DNA from: Actinomycetota bacterium
GTDB lineage: Bacteria; Actinomycetota; Actinomycetes; Nanopelagicales; Nanopelagicaceae
Direction of reading: 5' to 3'
Length of the DNA: 64,000 nt
Assembly (NCBI GenBank): GCA_026392695.1
Contig: JAPLBP010000154.1
Span: forward strand, 7,854 to 71,853
The translations under genes and the position numbers were made by a program. Every line of letters begins with the position of its first letter. Positions within the stretch are counted from its first letter, which is position 1. The notes under the pieces are model-generated. The model saw nothing but the letters and a program-made list of their open reading frames with translations. It had not been told where the DNA came from and made no database searches. This document shows positions 41,171 to 50,875 of the stretch, piece by piece.

Positions 41171-42255
41171 TTACGTGACCTCCTGACCCTACGAACACTT
41201 TGTGCAAGAGCGGCTAATAACAAGAGTATTGCCGCGCCTGTGGTGAACCACGCTACGGCGGGGCTGATAACTGAAAGATTTAGCGTAAGTAAAACGCTGT
41301 CGGGTAATAGTTCTCCGTTCCCATTTGCGAATTGAGCGAGAACCGCCGTTGACCCAGAGGCAATGACGGTGAAGGGGACTGAAAGTTGAATCTTTGAATG
41401 TGGAAGAAGTTTCACAGTTCTAATGTTGTTGACGTGAATTCGGGAATTGAGCGCCGTTAGTTGTAATTCAACGGTGGCGGTCGACCCAAAGTCATTGACA
41501 AGAGTAATAGGAACTTTCTCGTGTTCAGAAGTCAATCTAAATTTTCCAGCAACGATGCGCAATTTGTGGTTTTGCTCCGTAATCGCCTCGTCTGCACTGA
41601 TCCTCAGAAGGGATCGACGTTTCACACTTGTATCTGTTGATAACAAGAAGGCAAGTTTTGCTCGAAGGGTATCTAGCTCCTTAGGTGGAACAACAGTCGA
41701 AAGAAGCGCCAATGCCTGCTTGTTTTGAGAGTAGGAATCTTTCACATCTGTGGGCACGCGAGTGAGCTGCGAAGACCAACCTAATTTTTTGTTAATGAGA
41801 ACTTCTCGTCCTAAATCAAGTGCCAAACGAGAACGACTTGTTTGGTAGTAATAAGAAAGTTCATTTGACGCAAGTTTCCTAGCTGTCGAAATATCTGGAT
41901 GCCCATACGGGATCGCGAATACCGGATCCCCTGCACTTATTATCTTCAACCTCGCCATCCACTCCTGCGCCACGACATCGGTGAGAGCTAAAGCTTTTAC
42001 ATCTTCAACTAAGGCCGCATCAATAAGCCAACGTCTTGGTTCAGACAACGGCGAGAAGACAGCGCTTCCAAGCCGACCATCGGGTTTCAAAGAGCGTGAA
42101 AGTCCAGCATCAAGTGAATGACCCATGAGGTCTTCATGTGGGGCTTCATAGAGAATGACAGTGGACATAGGTTCAGCAAAAGCAGGACTGATTCCAGTAG
42201 CCATGAAAGCCACTAAGGAAATTAGTGCGAAGCGAAACGGAGCTAAACGTTTCAC
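41167..42255 (-). CDS. Secreted/anchored hypothetical protein (positional equivalent of mycobacterial Rv3909)
   Basis: N-terminal signal-like segment (LISLVAFMATGISPAFA) and a C-terminal TM plus basic tail ([21 protein letters not shown]). 4-nt overlaps with both neighbours. Confidence 0.4.
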   Translation of the reverse strand: MKRLAPFRFALISLVAFMATGISPAFAEPMSTVILYEAPHEDLMGHSLDAGLSRSLKPDGRLGSAVFSPLSEPRRWLIDAALVEDVKALALTDVVAQEWMARLKIISAGDPVFAIPYGHPDISTARKLASNELSYYYQTSRSRLALDLGREVLINKKLGWSSQLTRVPTDVKDSYSQNKQALALLSTVVPPKELDTLRAKLAFLLSTDTSVKRRSLLRISADEAITEQNHKLRIVAGKFRLTSEHEKVPITLVNDFGSTATVELQLTALNSRIHVNNIRTVKLLPHSKIQLSVPFTVIASGSTAVLAQFANGNGELLPDSVLLTLNLSVISPAVAWFTTGAAILLLLAALAQSVRRVRRSRK

Positions 42256-42851
42256 AGGAACAGGTTTCCATTTCGAGCTATCAATTTCTTTTCATCTGGG
42301 TATGCCAACCGCTCAACGATCTCATGAAGTGGAAACCAACCCACTTCATCCACTTCTGTCACTTGTGGCGCAAGCGTTCCGCCCACTTCATGGAATAAGT
42401 AGTGGTGAACAGTTTTATGAATTCTTTTGCCGCCGGCCATAAACCAGAAGTCAATTACACCAAGAGAATGTGCGATACGGCTTTCTATGCCTGTCTCCTC
42501 CATAACCTCGCGCAGGGCTGCCTCTTCAGGTGATTCACCTATTTCAATATGTCCCTTCGGGAGAGACCATAAGAGTCTTTCTCGAGATGAATCCTTGAGA
42601 TCAACTCGACCTATCAAAAGGCCTGCACTTCCAGAGAAATTAATTACTAAGCCGCCGGCACTGACTTCATCCACTCTCTTGGCGTAATCAGAAGGTCCGC
42701 GTTCATTTTTGCGAGCGTTCTTTGTGGCAGGTGGAACAGAGACTTGGTGGGTAATGGAGTTATCTTGGTTTTGTGGGGCGCGATTGGCGGGCCGTTTGCG
42801 CCGCCTCTTCTTTTTCGTACTTTCGCTGCCCGCACCAGGTGCAGGGATCAT
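42252..42851 (-). CDS. NUDIX hydrolase with basic N-terminal extension
   Basis: Nudix box GHIEIGESPEEAALREVMEETG. Confidence 0.85.
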   Translation of the reverse strand: MIPAPGAGSESTKKKRRRKRPANRAPQNQDNSITHQVSVPPATKNARKNERGPSDYAKRVDEVSAGGLVINFSGSAGLLIGRVDLKDSSRERLLWSLPKGHIEIGESPEEAALREVMEETGIESRIAHSLGVIDFWFMAGGKRIHKTVHHYLFHEVGGTLAPQVTEVDEVGWFPLHEIVERLAYPDEKKLIARNGNLFL

Positions 42852-42883
42852 AAAGTAAGGGTACTGCTCTAACCTTACCTATT

Positions 42884-44323
42884 GTGACGACAGCACTCGG
42901 GGCCGCGGGCGAACTTGCGATTCAATCCCTGATCAAACGAGCCCCTTTAGCCAGCTCCCTTGCCGATGCCTTTCGAAAAGAAGGATTCACTTTGGCCCTG
43001 GTGGGCGGTTCAGTTCGAGATGCGATTTTAGGTCGACTCAGTGGTGACCTCGACTTCACCACGAACGCTCCCCCAGCTTCCTCACGGAAAATCCTGTCGT
43101 TATGGGCTGAAAATGTCTGGGATATCGGAATTGCATTCGGGACGGTCGCTGCTAGTCGCGGAGACACAACTGTCGAGGTGACAACTTATCGAAGTGAAAG
43201 TTATGACGAGGAGAGTCGTAAACCGGAAGTGAAGTATGGAGATTCCATAGAGAAAGATCTAGTGCGAAGAGATTTCACTGTCAACGCGATGGCTCTGGAA
43301 CTTACTGGCGACGCTCCACTTTTCATTGACCCATATAACGGTTTGGGCGATTTAGCACTGCGGCTTTTGCGCACACCAAACACCCCACAGGCTTCCTTTT
43401 CCGATGATCCACTTCGCATGATGCGAGCAGCGCGATTTGCAAGTCAACTAGATTTTGAAGTTGCAGACGAAGTCCAGAGTGCGATGAAAGAGATGGCTGG
43501 TCGGATTTCTATCGTTTCGGCTGAGCGAGTGAGAGAAGAACTCTCGAAAATTTTGATGTCATCTAACCCACGGGCTGGAATCTCACTTCTGGTAGAGACA
43601 GGCATTACCGACATTATTTTGCCTGAAGTTCCAAAACTAAAATTGGAAATTGACGAACACCATCACCACAAAGACGTTTACGAGCATTCGCTAACTGTTC
43701 TTGAACAAGCCATTGAACTCGAAGAACGACTTGGTGGACCTAATTTAGTCATTCGGCTTGCTGCGCTTTTGCACGATATTGGAAAGCCTAAAACACGCAG
43801 TTTGATTGCCGGAGGCGGGGTTTCGTTTCATCATCACGAAGTAGTTGGGGCGCGATTGGCAAAAGAGCGAATGAAAGCTCTGAGATTCGACGGAGAAACT
43901 ATCGAAGCTGTTACTTCTCTCATTTCTTTGCATTTGCGTTTTCATGGCTATGGGGATGGAGAATGGACAGATTCTGCAGTGCGTCGCTATGTGCGGGATG
44001 CCGGTGACTATCTTGTCCATTTACACGTTTTGACTAGAGCGGACTGCACTACACGTAATAAAAGGAAGGCAGCCTCTTTGGCCGCCACCTATCAAAGTTT
44101 GGAAGATCGTATTTCGGTGCTGATGGAAGAGGAAGAATTATCAAAGTTACGCCCTGATTTAGACGGTGCCCAAGTTATGCGAATTCTAAACGTTAAGCCA
44201 TCACGCGTTGTTGGTCTGGCGCTGGATTTTCTTCTGGAGCTACGTATCGAACAAGGACCATTAGGTCCAGAAATCGCTGAAAAAGAATTGCTTAAATGGT
44301 GGGCGTCTAGAGGAGAGAAGTAA
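42884..44323 (+). CDS. cca: CCA-adding tRNA nucleotidyltransferase / poly(A) polymerase family with HD domain
   Basis: Motifs GGSVRD..LG...DLDF, RRDFT.NA, and HD region HHKDVYEHS...LHDIGKP. Confidence 0.88.
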   Translation: MTTALGAAGELAIQSLIKRAPLASSLADAFRKEGFTLALVGGSVRDAILGRLSGDLDFTTNAPPASSRKILSLWAENVWDIGIAFGTVAASRGDTTVEVTTYRSESYDEESRKPEVKYGDSIEKDLVRRDFTVNAMALELTGDAPLFIDPYNGLGDLALRLLRTPNTPQASFSDDPLRMMRAARFASQLDFEVADEVQSAMKEMAGRISIVSAERVREELSKILMSSNPRAGISLLVETGITDIILPEVPKLKLEIDEHHHHKDVYEHSLTVLEQAIELEERLGGPNLVIRLAALLHDIGKPKTRSLIAGGGVSFHHHEVVGARLAKERMKALRFDGETIEAVTSLISLHLRFHGYGDGEWTDSAVRRYVRDAGDYLVHLHVLTRADCTTRNKRKAASLAATYQSLEDRISVLMEEEELSKLRPDLDGAQVMRILNVKPSRVVGLALDFLLELRIEQGPLGPEIAEKELLKWWASRGEK

Positions 44324-45587
44324 AACGCGCGGGATGTAAAAGCGTGCCCGCACTAATGAGGTATATCAGCGAGATTAAGAGCGGAACAAGTGCACTCTTG
44401 CCAGATGTGGGAAGTATAAGAGCGGAGGCGAGGGCGCCGGTAACAATCGCTGCATTTACAACGACGTCATAGACGGCAAAAACGCGACCACGAAAATAGT
44501 CATCAATCTTTGATTGAACGAGCGCGTCGTTTGTGACTTTCATACTTTGTCCGAAAAGGCTCGTAAAAAACGCTGCAAAATAAAGAGAAAAAACGTGTGT
44601 TGAAATAGCCAGCAAGGTGGGCGATAGAGCGCTACCTATTAATGAAAGTCGCATCCATTTGTGCCTGCCAAACCTTTCAACCCCTATTGGTGCGATCACT
44701 GCCCCACATGTGATGCCGATTCCGGCTATCGAAAGTGCAAAAGCGACACCTGCTAGACCTGCTTCCGGGTGTGACGAATCATGAAAAGTGTTTCGCTCCA
44801 AAAGGAGTGCAATTAAAACCAAAGCGGTCAGCCCACCTCTTTGTACAGCGGTAGCAAGAATGCCTCGGAATGCATCTTTATGTTCTTTTAAGAAAATAAA
44901 CCCTTCATTCATCTCTTTAATGCCTTGGCCGATACTTGCCTCCTTGCGTTGATGATCAAGAGGACCAATTTCGTCTCTGTTTAATCTGGAACTCAACCAG
45001 GCAGCAATGATGTATCCCAGAGCTGCGACGAAAACAACAACCGCATCAGAATGATTGGCGTTATGAAGCGGCTCTAAAATTTTTCGAAGCCCTAAGCCGA
45101 CTCCACCCCCAACAACAACAAACACTGATCCACCAGTTACCGCCATTGCGTTTGCCTTGATAAGAGAATGAGGTTCAACAACTAAAGGAAGCCCTGCGGA
45201 TAGTCCCGCCAAAATAAGTCGATTAATTCCAAAGGCGCAAAGGACAAGTACGGTGAGATCGACTCCGGTTCTACCATTGGAAACAAACAGCGCAATTATT
45301 AGAAGATCGATCGCTCGAATAAGGTTGGAAAACAAAAGTGCTCTCTGGCGTGAGACGCGATCAAGGATGGTTCCGACGAATGGGCCGATGAATGAATAAG
45401 GAAGGAGAACTACAGCAAATGCTAGCGCGGCACTCATGGCGCTTGCTTGCCTCTCCGGAGAGAAAAGTACAAATGAGGCCAAGGCGGTTTGAAAGATCCC
45501 ATCTACGGCTTGCCCAGTCCACCTGAGCGCGAAAACCTTAGAAAGTTGAGGGGATTTCAGCAGTTCGCGAAAACTCAGACTCTGCAT
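44307..45587 (-). CDS. MFS transporter
   Basis: 426 aa, about 12 TM segments, with a D-R-x-x-R-like loop (GTILDRVSRQR). Confidence 0.8.
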   Translation of the reverse strand: MQSLSFRELLKSPQLSKVFALRWTGQAVDGIFQTALASFVLFSPERQASAMSAALAFAVVLLPYSFIGPFVGTILDRVSRQRALLFSNLIRAIDLLIIALFVSNGRTGVDLTVLVLCAFGINRLILAGLSAGLPLVVEPHSLIKANAMAVTGGSVFVVVGGGVGLGLRKILEPLHNANHSDAVVVFVAALGYIIAAWLSSRLNRDEIGPLDHQRKEASIGQGIKEMNEGFIFLKEHKDAFRGILATAVQRGGLTALVLIALLLERNTFHDSSHPEAGLAGVAFALSIAGIGITCGAVIAPIGVERFGRHKWMRLSLIGSALSPTLLAISTHVFSLYFAAFFTSLFGQSMKVTNDALVQSKIDDYFRGRVFAVYDVVVNAAIVTGALASALILPTSGKSALVPLLISLIYLISAGTLLHPARFTSLL

Positions 45588-45638
45588 ACGGGCAAGAGTA
45601 GTTTCTTTGCTTCCTTTAGTCTCGTTATCCTTTCTTTC

Positions 45639-46052
45639 GTGAATTCAGAGAGAGCCCACGTTGATTACACGCTTAAAAAGCGTGCAACCCTGATGGCTCT
45701 TTTCCAAGGCAAAGTTGATGCTTGCGATGCCGACCCTTACTTACTTCTCGCTGCAAAATTTCACGGCACTAAAACGCAGCGCCCCTGCCCAGTTTGCAAG
45801 AAGACTTCTCTCGTCGAACTGAAGTACACCTTCGGCGATCAACTCGGGCAATTCTCAGGGCGGATTAAGAGTCATGACGAATTAGCCCAGATGGAGAAGG
45901 AGTTTGGTGAGTTCCGGGTTTATGTTGTCGAGGTGTGTAGAGAGTGCTCATGGAATCACCTGTGTTCATCGTTTCTGTTGGGGGATGGACAAGATCGAAA
46001 ACCACCTCGGCGACAGCGCACGCTTGAAGATGAAGATTGGGTTAAACGGTAG
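45639..46052 (+). CDS. Small Cys-rich conserved actinobacterial protein (DUF5318-like)
   Basis: Pattern VDY.L.KRA.L......DACDA.PYLL.AAK.HG, CPVC ... C.EC. The GTG 45639 start avoids overlap with the divergent MFS gene. Confidence 0.5.
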   Translation: MNSERAHVDYTLKKRATLMALFQGKVDACDADPYLLLAAKFHGTKTQRPCPVCKKTSLVELKYTFGDQLGQFSGRIKSHDELAQMEKEFGEFRVYVVEVCRECSWNHLCSSFLLGDGQDRKPPRRQRTLEDEDWVKR

Positions 46053-46061
46053 CCTTTCACC

Positions 46062-48047
46062 GTGGCTCGCAAAATAATCTTCCGAAGCTTTGTCTTTCTG
46101 ACAGGCTTCGGCTTTATCGCCGTTGTTAGCCTTTTTGTCTACGCTTATTTCACGGTCAGCATCCCCAATCCAAACTCATTTGTGAATAGTCAGGCAACTG
46201 TCTTTCAGTACTCAAACGGGGTAGAGATTGGGCGGCTGGGAGCGCAGAATCGAATAATCGTTCCGCTTGCGAAAATCCCACTCAATGTTCGTCGAGCAGT
46301 GTTAGCCGCTGAGGATCGAAATTTCTATTCCGAGAGAGCATTCAGTGTTTCAGGAATTGGACGGGCGATCGTCAACAATCTCCGTGGTGGAGCGCTCCAA
46401 GGTGGATCGACAATTACACAACAGTATGCGAAGACTGCATTCCTAACACCTGCTCGGAATGTGCAGCGAAAAATTAAAGAGCTCGTTATTGCGATTAAAC
46501 TCGAGATGCAATTATCTAAGGACCAAATTCTCGAAAATTATCTCAACACGATTTATTTCGGGCGAGGTTCGTATGGTGTCGAAACAGCCGCTCAGCAATA
46601 TTTTAATAGGAATGTAAATCAGTTAACTCTTGCTCAGGCTGCAGTGCTAGCAAGCATTATGAACTCCCCTGGCTATTACGATCCGTCGTATTCGCAAGCC
46701 AACGCCGACAGATTGCGTGCTCGTTTTTCATATGTCATAAAAGGAATGGTTGCGGCTGGCTGGATTACACAAGATCAAGCCGATCAAGCGAAATTCCCAA
46801 CAGTTCGGGCTCGCGTGACCTCTGGTTCCCTTTCTGGACCGAAAGGTTATGTTATTGCCGCTGCGCAACTTGAGTTGAACAAGCTTGGATTTTCAGACGA
46901 GCAGTTGCTTGTTGGCGGTTTGATTGTCAAAACAACTCTTGAACAAGGTGCACAACAGGGAGCCGTAGACGCTGTGGCTAAACAAACTCCAAAGAATGCG
47001 CCAAAGAACTTGCATGTTGGATTAGTAGCGGTAAGACCAGGTACTGGAGAAATTGTTGCGTTATATGGGGGTAGCGATTATCTCGTTCGTCAGTTGAGTG
47101 ACGCCACGCAATCAATTGCTTTGGCTGGTTCTACCTTTAAACCTTTCGCCTTAGTCGCAGGGCTTGAAGCTGGGATTCCTTTAACCTCAATGTGGGATGG
47201 AAATTCCCCACAAACTTTTGAGGACTTGGTAAAACCGTATGTGGTTTCGAATTACGGAAACGAACAGTGGGGGCAAGTAAATCTACTGAAAGCCACGGCG
47301 CATTCAGTGAATACGGTTTATGTTCCGTTGGGAATCAAAGTTGGTCCCGATAAGGTTGTTGATGTTGCTCGCCGCGCGGGAATTCCGCAGTCAGTCGAGA
47401 TGGTGCCCACTCCGTCGGTCGTGTTGGGAGCGGCAAGTCCTCATGTAATAGACGTAGCTGCCGCTTATGCGACCTTCGCTGCTCAAGGCGTATATGCCAA
47501 ACCATTTCTCGTTGACCGAGTGCAGGGTCCAAATCGAGGAGTGCTCTACCAAGCTAAGCCTCAAGGACAAGAAGTTTTTTCCAAAGATGTCATGGCAGAT
47601 CTGACTTATGCACTTCGAGAAGTAGTTCGAAGTGGAACCGCGACCTACGGAACTGCTGGCTTAGGTCGAGTTGCTGCAGGAAAGACCGGTACCAGCGAAC
47701 AGAACGCCTCTGCATGGTTTAGTGGATACACACCTCAATTGGCTGCATCGGTCGCATTCTTCCGCGATAACGCCTCGCAAACACTCAATGGAATCGGCGG
47801 GCTTAACTCCGTAACAGGTGGAACTTTTCCAGCCAAGGTGTGGACCGCATTTATGAAGGCCGCCCTCTTAGGTCAACCAAAGTTGGCCTTCCCTAAACCA
47901 GTACATATCGGAGGCACTGCTCCCATTGTCATGACCGGACCAACCCCAGAGCCGACCCCAACTCCAGAACCCACGGGAGCAAGTGGAGCAACAGGTGCCA
48001 CGGGAGCAAGTGGAGCTACCGGCGCTACAGCGACAACGGGTCAGTAA
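46062..48047 (+). CDS. ponA: Class A penicillin-binding protein (glycosyltransferase + transpeptidase)
   Basis: GT51 motifs EDRNFY, GGSTITQQ, RKIKE; TP motifs STFKP, SVN, KTGT; Pro/Thr and Gly/Ala/Ser/Thr low-complexity tail. Confidence 0.9.
   Translation: MARKIIFRSFVFLTGFGFIAVVSLFVYAYFTVSIPNPNSFVNSQATVFQYSNGVEIGRLGAQNRIIVPLAKIPLNVRRAVLAAEDRNFYSERAFSVSGIGRAIVNNLRGGALQGGSTITQQYAKTAFLTPARNVQRKIKELVIAIKLEMQLSKDQILENYLNTIYFGRGSYGVETAAQQYFNRNVNQLTLAQAAVLASIMNSPGYYDPSYSQANADRLRARFSYVIKGMVAAGWITQDQADQAKFPTVRARVTSGSLSGPKGYVIAAAQLELNKLGFSDEQLLVGGLIVKTTLEQGAQQGAVDAVAKQTPKNAPKNLHVGLVAVRPGTGEIVALYGGSDYLVRQLSDATQSIALAGSTFKPFALVAGLEAGIPLTSMWDGNSPQTFEDLVKPYVVSNYGNEQWGQVNLLKATAHSVNTVYVPLGIKVGPDKVVDVARRAGIPQSVEMVPTPSVVLGAASPHVIDVAAAYATFAAQGVYAKPFLVDRVQGPNRGVLYQAKPQGQEVFSKDVMADLTYALREVVRSGTATYGTAGLGRVAAGKTGTSEQNASAWFSGYTPQLAASVAFFRDNASQTLNGIGGLNSVTGGTFPAKVWTAFMKAALLGQPKLAFPKPVHIGGTAPIVMTGPTPEPTPTPEPTGASGATGATGASGATGATATTGQ
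47973..48026 (+). repeat. Tandem 27-bp duplication encoding TGASGATGA x2 in the ponA tail
   Basis: acgggagcaagtggagcaacaggtgcc / acgggagcaagtggagctaccggcgct, read directly. Confidence 0.7.
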
Positions 48048-48100
48048 GCGCACTTTTATCCCTGATTTTCCCTCCTTGTCCTTACCCATTACCCTTAACC

Positions 48101-48198
48101 TCTCAACCGACGGGCTTACTGATCTCAGTTGGCCTTGCAGTTGAGAGCACTAACCCTCCTGTCACGGAAGTACCGTGGCCGCTTTAGTCCAGAGGAGG
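48101..48198 (+). promoter_or_regulatory. Structured rpsF leader with possible anti-Shine-Dalgarno pairing
   Basis: TCTCAAC (48101-07) can pair with GTTGAGA (48140-46). Hairpin CACGG-AAGTA-CCGTG at 48163-77. CCCTCCT (48154-60) is complementary to the RBS AGGAGG (48193-98). Confidence 0.25.
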
Positions 48199-48210
48199 TC
48201 GGGTTAACGC

Positions 48211-48495
48211 ATGCGTCACTATGAATTAATGGTCATTCTTGATCCAGAACTAGAAGAACGCACAGTCACTCCAAGCCTTGAGACATATCTCAAGATCATC
48301 AAAGAAAGCGGCGGTCGCGTCGACAAGCTTGATGTTTGGGGAAAGCGTCGTATGTCTTTTGAAATCCAAAAGAAATCAGAAGGTATTTACGCCGTTGTTG
48401 ATATGCACTGTGAGCCTGCAGCGATTAAAGAGTTGGATCGCCAACTCAATTTAAACGAAGCAGTGTTACGCACAAAAGTTATACGACCAGAATAA
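48211..48495 (+). CDS. rpsF: 30S ribosomal protein S6
   Basis: [12 protein letters not shown]... start. Confidence 0.95.
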   Translation: MRHYELMVILDPELEERTVTPSLETYLKIIKESGGRVDKLDVWGKRRMSFEIQKKSEGIYAVVDMHCEPAAIKELDRQLNLNEAVLRTKVIRPE

Positions 48496-48566
48496 TTCGT
48501 TTTCGTTCGGTCAATAATTTGCGCGTCAGAGCTAGACGTTAAAGAACACGAGAGAAGAGAAGATAA

Positions 48567-49082
48567 ATGGCAGCAGGAGATACAAACATCACGATGATCG
48601 GCAACCTTGTCGATGATCCGGAGCTTCGTTTCACACCATCTGGCTATGCCGTTGCAAATTTCACCGTTGCATCTACCCCTCGCAACTTCGATAAGAAGAC
48701 AAATGAGTGGAAAGATGGAGACACACTTTTCTTGCGTTGTTCGCTCTGGCGCGAAGCCGCGGAGAATGTTGCTGAAACGCTTTCAAAGGGGACGCGAGTC
48801 ATCCTTTCAGGTCGACTGAAGCAACGTTCTTATGAAACCAAAGAAGGCGAGAAGCGCACTGTATTTGAAGTTGAAGTAGATGAGGTTGGTCCATCATTAC
48901 GTTATGCGACAGCGAAGGTCACTAGGACCACTCGTCAAGCAGGCGGAACAAGTGGAGGAAGTGGCGGATTCTCTGCCCCAACTGAAACCTTCAACGAAGA
49001 TCCATGGGCTGCATCAACTTCTTCTAGCGGATCCGCCGGCGGTGGATGGGCAACCACTACCAACGACGAACCACCTTTTTAA
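48567..49082 (+). CDS. ssb: Single-stranded DNA-binding protein
   Basis: OB-fold N-terminus ([17 protein letters not shown]), Gly-rich linker, acidic tip DEPPF. Confidence 0.95.
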   Translation: MAAGDTNITMIGNLVDDPELRFTPSGYAVANFTVASTPRNFDKKTNEWKDGDTLFLRCSLWREAAENVAETLSKGTRVILSGRLKQRSYETKEGEKRTVFEVEVDEVGPSLRYATAKVTRTTRQAGGTSGGSGGFSAPTETFNEDPWAASTSSSGSAGGGWATTTNDEPPF

Positions 49083-49150
49083 ATCCACTATCAATCCATT
49101 CCTGCGAATTCACTCGTGAAGGAGCAGGGCACCCGTAAAGGAGCACCACA

Positions 49151-49438
49151 ATGGGAGCACGTAATAACAGAGCGCTCAAAGAACCAAAAAATAAGTCAGC
49201 AAAAGCTGCTGCGCTTAACAAGAAGTTTAAGAAGAAGCCTTGCAGCTTCTGCCGCGACAAGGTGAGTTATATCGATTACAAAGATATTGCCACCTTACGT
49301 AAGTACATCTCCGATCGTGGAAAGATTCGCGCTCGCCGAGTAACAGGCGCCTGCACACAACACCAACGCTCGATTGCAACTGCGGTCAAAAATAGCCGTG
49401 AAGTCGCACTCCTGCCCTACACATCTACTGCGCGATAA
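49151..49438 (+). CDS. rpsR: 30S ribosomal protein S18
   Basis: Motifs C.FC......IDYKD...L.KYIS.RGKI..RR.TG.C..HQR. Confidence 0.95.
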   Translation: MGARNNRALKEPKNKSAKAAALNKKFKKKPCSFCRDKVSYIDYKDIATLRKYISDRGKIRARRVTGACTQHQRSIATAVKNSREVALLPYTSTAR

Positions 49439-49450
49439 GGAGCGGCTCAC

Positions 49451-49897
49451 ATGAAACTAATCCTTACTCGTGAAGTCTCTGGCTTAGGCCGTGCAGGCGA
49501 TGTCGTTACCGTAAAAGATGGCTTTGCTCGCAACTTTCTTCTTCCTCGTGGCAACGCAATTGCGTGGTCGTTAGGCGGAGAAAAGCAGATTGAGGGCATT
49601 CGTCGCGCTCGCGCTTCCCGGGAGGTGCGAGATATTGATCATGCCAAGGAGATCAAAAACACTTTAGAGGCAGCAATTATTACCGTGACGGTAAAAGTTG
49701 GCACTTCTGGGCGTCTCTTTGGATCGGTTACCGATAAAGATGTGGCTGCAGCCATTAAGGCTTCAACTGGTCTCGATATTGATCGCCATAACCTCAAGCT
49801 TGCTGGTCACATCAAGAAGACCGGTACGCATGCTGTGAAGATCTCGTTGGCACATCAAGTTGTTGCTAATGCGACCATTACGGTCGTAGCCGCGTAA
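49451..49897 (+). CDS. rplI: 50S ribosomal protein L9
   Basis: MKLILT.EV..LG..GD.V.VKDG.ARNFL.P.G.A start. Confidence 0.95.
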   Translation: MKLILTREVSGLGRAGDVVTVKDGFARNFLLPRGNAIAWSLGGEKQIEGIRRARASREVRDIDHAKEIKNTLEAAIITVTVKVGTSGRLFGSVTDKDVAAAIKASTGLDIDRHNLKLAGHIKKTGTHAVKISLAHQVVANATITVVAA

Positions 49898-49913
49898 TCT
49901 CGCTTTAACTTTA

Positions 49914-49952
49914 GAACGGGTTCGCTGATTACAGCGGGCCCGTTCTATTTTT
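49914..49952 (+). terminator. Intrinsic terminator of the rpsF-rplI operon
   Basis: GAACGGGttCGCTG-atta-CAGCGggCCCGTTC followed by TATTTTT. The 3' arm and U-tract overlap the stop codon of the convergent kinase-like gene. Confidence 0.7.
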
Positions 49953-50868
49953 CTGTAACGATTTTAATCGCCTTTTTGAAATAATCGCTTGTGAATTCAG
50001 ATTGAGCTAAATCATATTTCGCCATCCCCCAGGACCAAAAATCAAAATCCAACTGCGAAACAGCATCTTGGATTGAAGCCCATAAGGTCCAGCCGTATTT
50101 TCCCACGAGGGCCAAAAGCCAAGCCCGGGCAATCTTCTCCGGACGATATACGCCGTAATAGGCGGTCACTAACTCCTCTAAACAAGGAAGATCCAGGAAT
50201 GATTCTGCCCAGATATTGCCAAGTTCGAAACACGGGTCATTGTTACCCGAGTATTCATAATCGATGATGAAGATTTTGGAACCCGAATCAATAAAATTCC
50301 CAGGAAGTAGGTCGTTGTTACAAGGTACCGTTCCATCATCCAAAATAGCCAGTGCCGCCTTCGTTTCAGCAAGTGCTTGCGCGAAATCTTGATAATTTGA
50401 TGGAAGGCGGAAACCTCGTTCTTGAACAATTTTAAAGTAGTTCTTTTGAATCTCAAACATGTTGAAATCTCGAACAAAGGGCGGGGCCAGATGAAGTTGA
50501 TGACAACTTTCGGCTACTCGAGAGAGGTTGCCCTCAACATCTGAGGCAGAGAAAGTTCGACCTTCAATAAAGCCAATGACAAGTAGACCTTGCCCTGGAA
50601 GATAATCAATCACTGGCGCCGCGATCCCGGTCTCTGCCGCCAGCATTGAGTTTTGATATTCCGATTCACGATCAATGGAGAGCAACGAGGAACTATTACT
50701 CGAAATCCTGGCTACATACTTTCCTGTCGAATTCTCAATGAGCAAATTTCGATTGGTGAGACCACCTGAAAGCTCACGCAAGATTGGTCGCTCGCGCAAA
50801 ACGCTCACTTGATCAAGAAGAAACCCATACTTTTTTTCTAGAGATTCTTCCACGAGTTCAGGATACAT
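49945..50868 (-). CDS. Choline/ethanolamine-kinase-family phosphotransferase (APH fold)
   Basis: Brenner motif CNNDLLPGNF, followed by the choline-kinase-type motif IIDYEYSGNNDPCFELGNI. N-terminal LSGGLTNRN. Confidence 0.7.
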   Translation of the reverse strand: MYPELVEESLEKKYGFLLDQVSVLRERPILRELSGGLTNRNLLIENSTGKYVARISSNSSSLLSIDRESEYQNSMLAAETGIAAPVIDYLPGQGLLVIGFIEGRTFSASDVEGNLSRVAESCHQLHLAPPFVRDFNMFEIQKNYFKIVQERGFRLPSNYQDFAQALAETKAALAILDDGTVPCNNDLLPGNFIDSGSKIFIIDYEYSGNNDPCFELGNIWAESFLDLPCLEELVTAYYGVYRPEKIARAWLLALVGKYGWTLWASIQDAVSQLDFDFWSWGMAKYDLAQSEFTSDYFKKAIKIVTEK

Positions 50869-50875
50869 TTCCCTT

